From: Eledone cirrhosa
Taxonomy: Eukaryota
NCBI GenBank assembly: GCA_964016885.1
Contig: OZ024760.1
Location: 1,674,001 to 1,738,000, forward strand
Direction of reading: 5' to 3'
DNA length: 64,000 bases
The position numbers and the translations under genes are program-made. Positions 28,600 to 41,541 of this stretch are shown in pieces (position 1 is the stretch's first letter; each line of letters opens with the position of its first letter). The notes beneath the pieces are model-generated. The model did not search any database, was not told where the DNA came from, and saw nothing but the letters and a program-made list of their open reading frames with translations.

Positions 28600-29272
28600 T
28601 TACATAAAACATGTTTTATTTTGATCTGTATAATGGTAGAAGTACAGTACAGTGTTAACATTCTACATAGATACCAGAGTTGTCCACCATGTTTGTAGTT
28701 GTCTGGGTATATCCTTGACTAACTTCATCAGGAAAACAGGTGGTATGTTGGTCAGTACATTACAAATACATTCCGCCAACTGAGTCAGAGATTTTGGTTT
28801 TGAGCTATAAACTTTCTCCTTCACCCACCACCACAGGAAAAAATTGCATGGCAATTGACAGGGCTTTTTGCTGGCTGTTCATTTGGACCTCGATAATGTA
28901 GACAATGTCCTGGAAATTGGACATCAAGCCACTCATGGACAATGCGGGCAAAATAAGGAGAGGCCTCATCTTACATGAATACAACCTGTCAAATCTTCCC
29001 GTCCAACGGGGAGATTTCCCAACCACTTTGGGATGAGTGAGAGATGTCTTCTCTAGTAAAAATAGGTGTAGCTTTCATTATGTAAAATTTCCCCATTTTG
29101 CCTCATTTCTCGCCGTTTTGAGGCACGTTTTTTTCATGGTGCTCCTCGTTTGGGTTTTTAGAGGTTTGCAGGCCTGTGAATATAAAGTCATTGATGTTGT
29201 CCCAAGTGGTCACAGCTGGCCAAATGTTATAAGTAATTTTCAATAAGAAGTTTCTTTCTACCCACCCTGTAT
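28600..29272 (-). mobile_element. Decayed, internally deleted Tc1/mariner-superfamily transposon
   Basis: Minus strand encodes SPRWTGR and PCNFFLWWWVKEKVYSSKPKSLTQLAECI (compare PCDFFLWG.LK.KVY). Terminus TA-CAGGGTGGGTAG at 29272. Confidence 0.8.
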
Positions 29273-29764
29273 ATTAATTAGTGAATGTTGCAGCAACACA
29301 TGTTTAAATATTTAACTATAAAATAGTTAATGGGTTCTGGTATATTGGACTATTTTATAGTTAAATATTCAAACGTGTTGTAGCAGCTTTCACAAGCTGA
29401 CATACTTCCAAAATTTCAAATTCACCCTGCACTTTGTAAAATGATTAGCTGTTTATTCATAAACATCTTTTTACATCTGTTTTTACCTGCTCTCCATGGG
29501 TTGGGCAGGTTTTTTCCAGCACAACCACCCTCCACTTTCTGTGTTGTCAGATTTTCTATTTTTTCTTTTAAACATTTTTTTTTTTCAATTTTCAAATACT
29601 TGTAACTGAGATTGCCTTTGCTTTTAATAATCTAAATACCAGTTATACAATTTGGCTAATTCAAACAAATATAGCATTCCTACACAACATACGTGGCTGT
29701 TTAGTAGTCTAGTAATCTAAGAAGGTAATAGTTAAGATAGAGGCAGTGTTTGTAACACTTCTCT

Positions 29765-30285
29765 TTCTTTGCCCACTTATTCCTGAGATGGTCATGGGGG
29801 CAGAGTCCTCAAACATTCCCACCAGTAGGTCCTGTCAGAAGCAACCATCTCCAACTGATCTAGCTGGATCCCCAAGTCTAACCGATCAAGCTCATGGATG
29901 TTGTCCAACCATCTTGCATGGGGTCTACTCTTGGTCTCCTGTTGGTTTTGCTCCTAAAATCTGTCCAGCGATGCTTTCCTGAGACATTCTAACCACATAC
30001 CCATAGTATCGAAGCTGTGGTCTCTCAATTCAGAGAAGTAGTAGCTCTACCTGGAATGACTCTCTGATCTCTGAACTGCAAATATGTCCAGCGATTCTTT
30101 CCTGAGACATTCTAACCACATACCCATAGTATCGAAGCTGTGGTCTCTCAATTCAGAGAAGTATTCAGCTCTACCTGGAGTGACTCTCTTATCTCCAACC
30201 TACACACTCTATCAAGTAATGTTACTCTAAATATTCTTCAGAGGAATTCCATTTCGGCTGCTTGTAGTTGCAATGATATTCTTTT
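29765..30285 (-). mobile_element. RTE LINE 3' fragment containing one internal ~123-bp duplication
   Basis: Homologous to 2505-3003, 6040-7732 and 45960-46710. Confidence 0.82.
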
Positions 30286-30989
30286 GGTCATTACCCAAAC
30301 CTATGAAATAGTTCTTATATAAAATTATGTTGGAAGATATTAATTTAAATAGAAACCCTTTAAAGTTGAAGGTTTAAGATTGTGTTTCATATAACCAGAA
30401 GCAGATTTGTCCAGGTTGCCCTTTTGTGATCATATATATTATGAAATACACTATTTTACAATAAATTAAATAATAATTATGAGGGATTTACTAGCATTTA
30501 TTAATTTATGTCATTGATAACATAAAAAATTTGTAACATAAAAAAAATGATTCTTACTCTTTTACTCTTTTTTTTTTTTTACCTGTTCCAGCCATCCGGC
30601 TGAGGCCATGTAGGAAGATTTTAATTTAAATAGGAACATTTTAAAATGGGTGATTTTGTTTCATGGAAGAAGAGTCAATTTTGGCTAGGCTGGTAACAAA
30701 AGGGTTAATACTAAAATTATTTCATTCAACTTAAATCTGCTCTCCAAACAAGCAAGTCTATCTGATCAATTTTTAAGTCTCTCAAAGGGTTACTCCCTTG
30801 ATAAGGGGTTTTTAAACCCGAAAATATTTGGGATCATTAAACTTGCTAAGGTAAGATTCTTTTGTTATCTTGGCAATTTAACATTCTTCATAATGCATTG
30901 TGTTGGTCTTCAAATATAAATTTGTGTTTACTAAAATTATCATTTCTTTACTAAGGTAGTAACTTAACACATGGTTCTTATATAAAATA

Positions 30990-31130
30990 AATAATTGTTT
31001 CTACTTTTGGCACAAGGCCATCAATTATCCCAGTACATTACTGGTACTTTATTTTATCGACCCCCGTAAAGATGAAAGGCAAAGTTAATCTCGGCAGGAT
31101 TTGAACTCAGAATGGCAAAGAGCATAACTT
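30990..31130 (-). mobile_element. Nin/Deu-like SINE (partial)
   Basis: Same consensus as the other copies. Confidence 0.82.
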
Positions 31131-31304
31131 ATATAAAATTAATAATGTAGGAAGATTTTAATTTAAAAAGAAACCCTTTATCATGGGTGGCTTTGTTTCC
31201 CACAATGAGAGTCAATTATGGCTATGCTGCTAATAAAAGGGGTTAATACTAAAATTATTTATAAGATGTTTTTGCTTGTTTGAGGCATTGTGTATATTAT
31301 ATAA

Positions 31305-31693
31305 CAAAGTAAAACCTACTACAGTCAGTAGGCATCTCTAACAAAATACACCCCCGTCCCACTACCCCCACCCCATCCACACCGCCCCTTACAATGTAAA
31401 GTTATGTTGGTGCCACAAAATCCAGGCCGAAACAAATGAGATCGTGTAGGTGTCACGACAAAAAAACACACAGTCCACGCTGTAATGTGACCGTGTAGGC
31501 AACACGGTAAAAACGTCCCAGTCCCACACTGTAAATGTGGTTGGTGTTAGGAAGGGCATCCAGCTGTAGAAAACCCGCCAGACAGTCCTACGCGAGCAAG
31601 ACAACCACTCTTGCCTCAAGTGGGAAAACTCCCGTCCAAACCCATGCAAGCATGGAACACGGACGTTAAACGATGATGATGATGATGATGATA
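31305..31693 (+). mobile_element. 3' UTR of the long-tailed RTE LINE family with (GAT)n tail
   Basis: Homologous to 39533-39907. Ends AACCCATGCAAGCATGGAACACGGACGTTAAAC(GAT)n. Confidence 0.85.
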
Positions 31694-31974
31694 TAACGTT
31701 GAAAGAGATAGAAGGCTAAACAATGCAAAATGGACTGTAAGATGAGGTAACGAAAAGTAAGTGATCTGGTAATCTTTTGTTAAGTTACTACTTTAGTAAT
31801 GAAATAATAATTTTAGTATTAACCCTTTTCTTACCAGCCTGGCCAAAACTGACTCTTGTTCCATTTTAAAAGGTTTCTTTTTTAAATTAAAATCTTCCTA
31901 CATAATTAATTTTATATAAGAACCATGTGTTAAATTACTACCTTAGTAATGGAAGCACTGGAGCACTGCACAAC

Positions 31975-34239
31975 ATGGTGGAGTATTGCATACAATGGTG
32001 GAGTATTGCACACGATGGTGGAGTATTGCATACAATGGTGGAGTATTGCATACAATGGTGGAGTATTGCATACAATGGTGGAGTATTGCACATGATGGTG
32101 GAGTATTGCATACAATGGTGGAGTATTGCATACAATGGTGGAGTATTGCATACAATGGTGGAGTATTGCACATGATGGTGGAGTATTGCATACAATGGTG
32201 GAGTATTGCATACAATGGTGGAGTATTGCATACAATGGTGGAGTATTGCACATGATGGTGGAGTATTGCATACAATGGTGGAGTATTGCATACAATGGTG
32301 GAGTATTGCATACAATGGTGGAGTATTGCACATGATGGAGTATTGCATACAATGGTGGAGTATTGCACATGATGGTGGAGTATTGCATACAATGGTGGAG
32401 TATTGCATACAATGGTGGAGTATTGCATACAATGGTGGAGTATTGCACATGATGGTGGAGTATTGCATACAATGGTGGAGTATTGCATACAATGGTGGAG
32501 TATTGCATACAATGGTGGAGTATTGCACATGATGGAGTATTGCATACAATGGTGGAGTATTGCATACAATGGTGGAGTATTGCATACAATGGTGGAGTAT
32601 TGCACATGATGGTGGAGTATTGCATACAATGGTGGAGTATTGCATACAATGGTGGAGTATTGCACATGATGGTGGGGTATTGCATACAATGGTGGAGTAT
32701 TGCACATGATGGTGGAGTATTGCATACAATGGTGGAGTATTGCATACAATGGTGGAGTATTGCATACAATGGTGGAGTATTGCACATGATGGTGGAGTAT
32801 TGCATACAATGGTGGAGTATTGCATACAATGGTGGAGTATTGCATACAATGGTGGAGTATTGCATACAATGGTGGAGTATTGCATACAATGGTGGAGTAT
32901 TGCACATGATGGTGGGGTATTGCATACAATGGTGGAGTATTGCACATGATGGTGGAGTATTGCATACAATGGTGGAGTATTGCATACAATGGTGGAGTAT
33001 TGCATTCAATGGTGGAGTATTGCACATGATGGTGGAGTATTGCATACAATGGTGGAGTATTGCATACAATGGTGGAGTATTGCATACAATGGTGGAGTAT
33101 TGCACATGATGGTGGAGTATTGCATACAATGGTGGAGTATTGCATACAATGGTGGAGTATTGCACATGATGGTGGGGTATTGCATACAATGGTGGAGTAT
33201 TGCACATGATGGTGGAGTATTGCATACAATGGTGGAGTATTGCATACAATGGTGGAGTATTGCACATGATGGTGGAGTATTGCATACAATGGTGGAGTAT
33301 TGCATACAATGGTGGAGTATTGCACATGATGGTGGGGTATTGCACATGATGGTGGAATATTGCATACAATGGTGGAGTATTGCATACAATGGTGGAGTAT
33401 TGCATACAATGGTGGAGTATTGCATACAATGGTGGAGTATTGCACATGATGGTGGAGTATTGCATACAATGGTGGAGTATTGCACATGATGGTGGAGTAT
33501 TGCATACAATGGTGGAGTATTGCATACAATGGTGGAGTATTGCACATGATGGTGGAGTATTGCATACAATGGTGGAGTATTGCATACAATGGTGGAGTAT
33601 TGCACATGATGGTGGAGTATTGCATACAATGGTGGAGTATTGCATACAATGGTGGAGTATTGCATACAATGGTGGAGTATTGCACATGATGGTGGAGTAT
33701 TGCATACAATGGTGGAGTATTGCATACAATGGTGGAGTATTGCATACAATGGTGGAGTATTGCATACAATGGTGGAGTATTGAATACAATGGTGGAGTAT
33801 TGCACATGATGGTGGAGTATTGCACAAAATGGTGGAGTATTGCACATGATGGTGGAGTATTGCACAAAATGGTGGAGTATTGAATACAATGGTGGAGTAT
33901 TGCATACAATGGTGGAGTATTGCATACAATGGTGGAGTATTGCATACAATGGTGGAGTATTGAATACAATGGTGGAGTATTGCACATGATGGTGGAGTAT
34001 TGCACAAAATGGTGGAGTATTGAATACAATGGTGGAGTATTGCATACAATGGTGGAGTATTGCATACAATGGTGGAGTATTGCATACAATGGTGGAGTAT
34101 TGCACATGATGGTGGAGTATTGCACAAAATGGTGGAGTATTGCACACGATGGTGGAGTATTGCACATGATGGTGGAGTATTGCACAAAATGGTGGAGTAT
34201 TGCACATGATGGTGGAGTATTGCATACAATGGTGGAGTA
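31975..34239. repeat. 20-bp minisatellite, ~113 copies, with interspersed variants
   Basis: Main units GGTGGAGTATTGCATACAAT and GGTGGAGTATTGCACATGAT. Confidence 0.98.
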
Positions 34240-34247
34240 TGCAAGGC

Positions 34248-34713
34248 ACCCAATTGCACCTCTCAAAGGCAATGAATGACACAGGACCGTGACCTCTGGC
34301 ATCACGCAGTAATACAGAAGACCCGACTTCCCACGGGTACAAGCCAAGGCTGAAGCATATAGACAATATGCCCCCATCCCCCTCCCACTGCAAAGTAGTC
34401 GTGGAGGTGCCATGACAAAAAAGCACCCAGCCCACACTGTAAAGTAGTCGTGGAGGTGCCATGACAAAAAAGCACCCAGCCCACACTGTAAAGTGGTCGT
34501 GTAGGCGCCACGAAAAAGCACCCAGCACTCACTGTAAATGAGGTTGGTGTTAGGAAGGGCATCCAGCTGTAGAAATCAAACCAGAATCAGTTCCTGTATG
34601 AGCAAGACAAGGTCAGCCGGCCTGGCACTGCCCACAACAGTACAACCCGTCTAACCCATGCTAGAATGGAAGAATGGGCGTAAAACGGTGATGATGATGA
34701 TGATGATGATGAT
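34248..34713 (+). mobile_element. RTE LINE 3' end (distinct subfamily) with three ~50-bp UTR repeats and (GAT)n tail
   Basis: QDRDLWHHAVIQKTRLP, then CACTGTAAAGTAGTCGTGGAGGTGCC x3 and GGTTGGTGTTAGGAAGGGCATCCAGC. Confidence 0.82.
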
Positions 34714-35229
34714 ATATATATAAATAATTTAGTCTATGACAGGATTCTTCCTCTTTTGTTTTTTGTTGTTGTTCTTATTTCTGTCCAATATATTAACGAA
34801 ACTCATCATTTCATTACTAAGATAGTAACTTAACACATGGTTCTTATATAAAATTAATTATGTAGCAAGATTTTAATTTAAAAAGAAACCTTTTCAAATG
34901 GGTGGTTTTCTTTCATGGAACAAGAGTCAATTTTGGCTAGGCTGGTAACAAAAGTGTTAATACTAAAATTATTATTTCATTACTAAGTTAGTAACTTAAC
35001 ACATAGTTCTTATATAAAATTAATTACATAGGAAGATTTTAATCTAACCCTTCAACATTTACATTACTCTATATTTACTATTATATTTTCACGGCAAAGG
35101 CTTTATCACACATATCTCACATGATATCAAATCTATGAGATTTTGATATTATTTATTTTCAGAACAATACCTTAACGTTGGTTTGAGTGGCTGGTTACAG
35201 CCAGTTTGAACAGAAAGAAGTGAGAGAAT

Positions 35230-35827
35230 TTTGGCCAGATACAGCCAGTTTAAATGTTAAAGGATTAAACAGGAATCTTTTAAAACGGTTGGTTTTGCTT
35301 CATGGAACGAGAGTCAGTTTGGGCCAGGTTGGTAAGGAAAGGGTTAAATGATAGCAGATTTAGAGGAAAATACGTGGGTTAGAGGTTGGATAAGCTGTTA
35401 TGGTGGAAGGCAGTGCTTATATGGAGAATTCTGGCCAGATATGTTCGGTTTAAATGTTAAAGGGTTGAACAGGAATCTTTTAAAACGTTTGGTTTTATTT
35501 CATGAACGAGTCAGTTTGGACCAGGTTGGTAAGGAAAGGGTTAAATGATAGCAGAATTAGAGGAAAATACGTGGGTTAGAGATTGGATAAGCTGTTATGG
35601 TGGAAGGCAGTGCTTATATGGAGAATTCTGGCCAGATATGTTCGGTTTAAATGTTAAAGGGTTAAACAGGAATCTTTTAAAACGGTTGGTTTTGTTTCAT
35701 GAACGAGTCAGTTTGGACCAGGTTGGTAAGGAAAGGGTTAAATGATAGCAGAATTAGAGGAAAATACGTGGGTTAGAGGTTGGATAAGCTGTTATGGTGG
35801 AAGGCAGTGCTTATATGGAGAATTCTG
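35230..35827. repeat. 197-bp tandem repeat (~3 copies) built from MITE ends plus flank
   Basis: Near-identical ORFs at 35348 and 35545. Each unit contains two AAGGGTTAA-type termini. Confidence 0.9.
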
Positions 35828-36325
35828 AGAACATACACACACACATACACACATACAGACAAACACCAGACACGGACACACAGACACACACACATCACTA
35901 TGAAGTGGAGGTATACGTGAGAATCTGCGAAGCATAGGACACAATGATTTGTGGTGTTTAGTTACATCCCTGAATGTTCTAACATCAAATCTCTTCTTTT
36001 GCCATTTATTTCCCCAAGGTATAGAAAATATGTACCAGCTATTTACTGGGGTTGATTAAATTGACTAAAACTCTAGAATCTCCTTAACTGCTGGCTTTAA
36101 GCCAAACTTAGAAATCATCATCATCATCATCATCATCATCACTACTACTACTATACTTTTTTTACCCCCTACAATGTTTAGTTGTGAAGCTATGCAATTA
36201 CTTAATTATTATGCATACACACACTCATATATATATATACACACACACAAACACACACATGTATATATATTATATAATTAAAAATACACACATATGTACA
36301 GATAATACACACACATATGTATATA

Positions 36326-36381
<56 letters not shown>

Positions 36382-36453
36382 AATATATTTATAATATATA
36401 TATGTAAATATATATATATATATGTAGATATAATTATATATATGCAAATATAT

Positions 36454-36533
<80 letters not shown>

Positions 36534-36635
36534 TATATATATTTACAGATAGTCCTGGCCTTGAATATATTTACAGATATATATATATATTTACATATAT
36601 ATATATATGTATGTATGTATATATATATACGTATG

Positions 36636-36701
<66 letters not shown>

Positions 36702-36939
36702 TTAGTACCTTTCTCATTATAAATACTTAAGATGTAATTTTCCCCTAAGTTTGTTTCAAGATATTTCCACCATTAAATATTTTCTAGTGACAGAGATCTC
36801 AGGGGAAATATATGTTAATCTAGAATTATTTAGTTTACTAACACTATATATATATATATACACATGCATATATATATATATATATATATACACATGCATA
36901 TATATATATATATATATATATACATGCATATATATACAC

Positions 36940-37037
<98 letters not shown>

Positions 37038-37070
37038 GCATATATGTATATATATATACATATATATATA

Positions 37071-37112
<42 letters not shown>

Positions 37113-37241
37113 TATATATATATATATATTAATATATATATATATTAATATATATATATATACATATATATACATCATCATCATCATTTTACATCCGCTT
37201 TTCCCTACGTATATATATACATACATATATATACCTTTATA

Positions 37242-37272
<31 letters not shown>

Positions 37273-37289
37273 CACACATGTTGTATATT

Positions 37290-37321
<32 letters not shown>

Positions 37322-37449
37322 TACACACATATATATATATACTTATATATGTATGTATGTATATATATATATACATATATACACACGCACATACACACAC
37401 ATATATATATATACTTATATATGCATGTATATATATATACACACACACT

Positions 37450-37534
<85 letters not shown>

Positions 37535-37654
37535 TTATATATATATATACTTATATATATATGTATTTATATGTTTACTTATATACATATGTAAAGTATG
37601 GTTTAAGAGGTTTGTTTCATATCCACATGGGGCTGGGAATAATGTTTTTTAAAA

Positions 37655-37790
37655 AAAAAAGCTGGCACTGAAGGTTTTTTTCCAGTATTCCCATGATCCT
37701 ACATGACCTTACTGCAAAGTGTGCGAACAACATGCCATTATGTTGTTGCCATCATTTCACTCTGATGATGAGGCCGAGAAAGTCTTGTAA
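37655..37790 (+). mobile_element. Possible highly decayed mariner transposase fragment
   Basis: [15 protein letters not shown] ... FHSDDEAEKV resembles LGWEVLPHPPYSPDLAP ... F.SDEEVK. Confidence 0.35.
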
Positions 37791-38080
37791 CATTAATAGG
37801 CATATGTAAACAAGGAAATATATAATATAATATGGAAATATAAAATGTCTTTAACCCCTCAGCCTTTACAGTAATCTATATTTACTGTAGTATATTCATG
37901 GTAAATGCTTTATTTCACATAATATTGAATCTACGAGATTTTGATATTATTTATTTTGAGAACAATACCTTGACATCAGTATGAATGGCCTATAGAGCCA
38001 GTTTGAACAGAAAAAGGTGAGAGAATTCTGACCATTAAAATTACAGGTGTGTTTTTAATATAACATCTTTGAAAAGAAAA

Positions 38081-38113
<33 letters not shown>

Positions 38114-38804
38114 ATGTGCGCAGCATATCTGCAGATAAAAGACCAAGGAAAACACTGCTCAATTTATTGCAAGAGACCTTATTTAGTATATGTACAGTTG
38201 CCTAATCAGATGCCAGTTTTGAAATGGTTCCTCCACTCCTCCACTATACAGTGGTGGCCATAGCTGGACCCCGAAATCTAAGGTCACCCATTAAGTGTAT
38301 GGTATATATATATATATATATATATCATCATCATCATCATCATCATCATCATCGTTTAACGTCCATCTTCCACGCTAACATGGAAGATGGACGTATATAT
38401 AGTATAAGAATAAAGGAACAAAGAATCAATGTTGCATCATAACATATTTAATAACATGTTACATATGTTTCACTGTCGATCAGCTCGAGGAACGATCTAT
38501 TGTTGTGGTCAAACCTGACTCTGGAATCGAAAGATCTTCAAAAATATCAAGTGCTCACCTGACATATCGCCTGCGGGGGCAATTATATTACACCTCTACA
38601 CCTATATATATATTTAGGTTTGTTGGGTCACCACTGGATAGAACTGGTCATCCCGTATGGTCAACCTCGATGTAATATTATGGAGAACACTGAACGTAAT
38701 GCAACTCACCCGTTTTCGTTTGTGTAGTTCGTGGTGCGAGTACGAAGTTAATTATTATAAGATAACAGGAGACTGGACTGGTGTAATTCCTTAAAAGGTT
38801 TATT

Positions 38805-38862
38805 ATACTATGATCATTTCAATGACCGGATTCAGTATGAATCCGGTGACATCATCAGGTAT
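38805..38862 (-). ncRNA. Minimal type I hammerhead ribozyme motif (left arm)
   Basis: ATAC-CTGATGA-TGTC ACCGGATTCA TAC TGAATCCGGT CATT-GAAA-TGATCA-TA-GTAT-AATAAA. Confidence 0.85.
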
Positions 38863-38922
38863 TCGAAATATAACAAAGGAATATATGGATTTTGTCTATT
38901 ATATTCCTTTGTTATATTTCGA

Positions 38923-38980
38923 ATACCTGATGATGTCACCGGATTCATACTGAACCTGGTCATTGAAATGATCATAGTAT
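38923..38980 (+). ncRNA. Minimal type I hammerhead ribozyme motif (right arm)
   Basis: As the left arm, with two substitutions in stem II. Confidence 0.83.
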
Positions 38981-39024
38981 AATAAACCTTTTAAGGAATT
39001 ACACCAGTCCAGTCTCCTGTTATC

Positions 39025-39111
<87 letters not shown>

Positions 39112-39280
39112 TTGAGGTAATTAAATTTGGTATGGTGAATTCTAAATTCTATCGTCGTCATTCTTTCCTCCATATCACCTATTATCTTAGCACCTTTAAT
39201 CTTCTATTATATTGTAAGGCTTTCAAACTTAAATTTGTTTTTCCTATTCCACAATGCTTCAAGCAAACTACAACACACTG

Positions 39281-39311
<31 letters not shown>

Positions 39312-39339
39312 TATACATATATACATATACATATATCTA

Positions 39340-39380
<41 letters not shown>

Positions 39381-39383
<3 letters not shown>

Positions 39384-39436
39384 CAGATTAAGGTTTAAGC
39401 AAAGAATCGCTACTTTCACCCTTAACAGGATCTTCT
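39381..39436 (-). ncRNA. 5'-truncated copy of the 56865-56915 hammerhead-like family
   Basis: AGAAGA-TCCTGTTAAGGGT-GAAA-GTAGCGATTCTTTGC-TT-AAACC. Confidence 0.55.
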
Positions 39437-39532
39437 CTACAGGTTATATATATATATATATATATATATCGAGCCCTCTTCGGATTTTAGTCTTCACATT
39501 TATTATTACTATATATATCATCATCATTCATC

Positions 39533-40204
39533 ATCATCGTTTAACGTCCATCTTCCACGCTTGCATGGGTTTGGACGGGAGTTTTCCCACTTGAGGCAAG
39601 AGTGGTTGTCTTGCTCGCATAGGACTGTCTGGCGGGTTTTCTACGGCTGGATGCCCTTCCTAAGACCAACCACATTTACAGTGTGGACTGGGAGGTTTTT
39701 ACCATGTTACCTACACGGCCACATTACAGCGTGGACTGTGTGTTTTTTTGTCGTGACACCTACACGACCTCATTTGTTTCGGCCTGGATGTTGTGGTACC
39801 AACATAACTTTACATTGAAAGGGACGGTGTGGATGGAGTCGGGGTAGTGGGACGGGGGTGTATTTTGTTAGAGGTGCCTACTGACTGTAGTAGGTTTTAC
39901 TTTGTATTTAGGTAAGGCGGGTCTTCTCTATTACTGTGTAGCGCCAAAGATCTCGGTCCAGTGACATTGTCTTGGAGAGGTGTAAGTGTGTGAGGTCGGA
40001 ATTTATCAAGTCATCCCAGGTTTTTCTGGGTCTGCCTATTCCGTGGCTACCGTCTATTTTTATTGCCCTGCACTTTTTTATACAGCTGTCGTCTTTCATG
40101 TGCATCACGTGACCATACCAACGTAGCCTTCTCTCGAGTAAACAACATCTGATCCCTCTTATTTCTAATTTTTCCCTTAGTTCGTTTATGCTTTGCCGTC
40201 CACG
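39533..40204 (-). mobile_element. 5'-truncated RTE LINE with ~370-bp 3' UTR
   Basis: RRLRWYGHVMHMKDDSCIKKCRAIKIDGSHGIGRPRKTWDDLINSDL..DRDLWRYTVIEKTRLT*, then UTR and (GAT)n. Confidence 0.92.
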
Positions 40205-40420
40205 TATATATATATATATATATATTAATTCGAGTATATGCTATAACAGCGACTATGAATAAACAAAGTTAATCTTAACCTGTTGACTTACACTTCTTGT
40301 TTACATATGGGGTGATACATGGGTTGGCTATTGAAGAAACAACACCACGTGTTTGGCCGGATCCCTGTATCATGAAAAGAAAATCTTTTTCGGGGAAATT
40401 ATTTATTTACACCCTAATTT

Positions 40421-40460
40421 GATTTACAAATGTTTCATCCTCACGGGAGCCATCAAAATC
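40421..40460 (-). ncRNA. Degenerate minimal hammerhead motif
   Basis: GATT-TTGATGG-C TCC CGTGA GGA T-GAAA-CATTTG-TA-AATC with AATAAA downstream. Two core substitutions. Confidence 0.5.
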
Positions 40461-41027
40461 GATCATTTTATAAATAAATACCTCAACAAATTCATCTTTT
40501 TTCAATGCACAAATAGACCATAGATTTTTGTTTAGATTTTACAAAATTACATAATCTTCAATATTATATGTAGGCTTGTGTACAGTTTATTATAATAAAT
40601 TACTGTATTTTGAGCCGATATAACTTTTCCACCTATACCTTTCCAGTTTTTATATTTGAAAATGAATTTCTTTATATTAATATATATATATGGCATTAGG
40701 AAGGGCATCCAACCGTAGAAAACCAGCCAGAAACACTCCTATATGAGCGAGATAGGGTTACCTGACCCAACTTGCTTCTAAATGGGACAAACCTGTCTAA
40801 CCGATGTTAACGTAGAAGATAGACATTAATCAATGATGATGATATATATATGTATAGTAATAATAAATGTGAAGACTAAAATCTGAAGAGGGCTTGGTAA
40901 GGATTATATATATATATATATATATACATAAATATATATATAGTGAGTTATTACTACCGACCTTTCTACAGCCAGGCCTTTCATCATCATATATACACAC
41001 ACACACATATATATATATATATGTATT

Positions 41028-41064
<37 letters not shown>

Positions 41065-41198
41065 GTAAATATATATATATGTACCTATATATGTATATAT
41101 ATATACATATATGTATATATATATGTAAATATATATATATGTATATATGTGTAAATATATATGTATATATATATATATATATATTTATATGTATATAT

Positions 41199-41541
41199 AG
41201 TAGGCACCTCTTATCCAAAAATACACCTCCATCCCACTACCCCCCCCCCCCTCTCTGTAAAGTTATGTTGGTACCACAACATCCAGTCCGAAACAAATGA
41301 GGTCGTGTAGGTGTCTTGACAAAAAAAAAACACACAGTCCACGCTGTAATGTGGCTCTGTAGGTAACACGGTAAAAACCTCCCAGTCCACACTGTAAACG
41401 TGGTTGGTGTTAGGAAGGGCATCCAGCCGTAGAAAACCCGCCAGACAGTTCTGAGCAAGACAACCAATCTTGCCTCAAGTGGGACAATTCTCGTCTAAAC
41501 CCATGCTAGCGTGGAAGATGGACGTTAAACGATGATGATGA
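41199..41541 (+). mobile_element. RTE long 3' UTR copy
   Basis: Homologous to 31305-31693. Confidence 0.85.

Larger units (their letters stand above)
38753..39032. mobile_element. Palindromic PLE pseudo-LTR remnant ending in (TA)n
   Basis: ~133-bp near-perfect inverted arms at 38753-38885 and 38900-39032, each with a hammerhead motif followed by AATAAA. Confidence 0.8.

Noticed and set aside
31930-34528. 863-aa and 861-aa ORFs
   Set aside because: Translations of a 20-bp minisatellite that is open in all three minus frames, ending in antisense RTE UTR.
37762-37790. CTGATGA...GAAA as a hammerhead
   Set aside because: No stem I, II or III pairing. Better explained as SDDE codons of a decayed mariner fragment or as chance.
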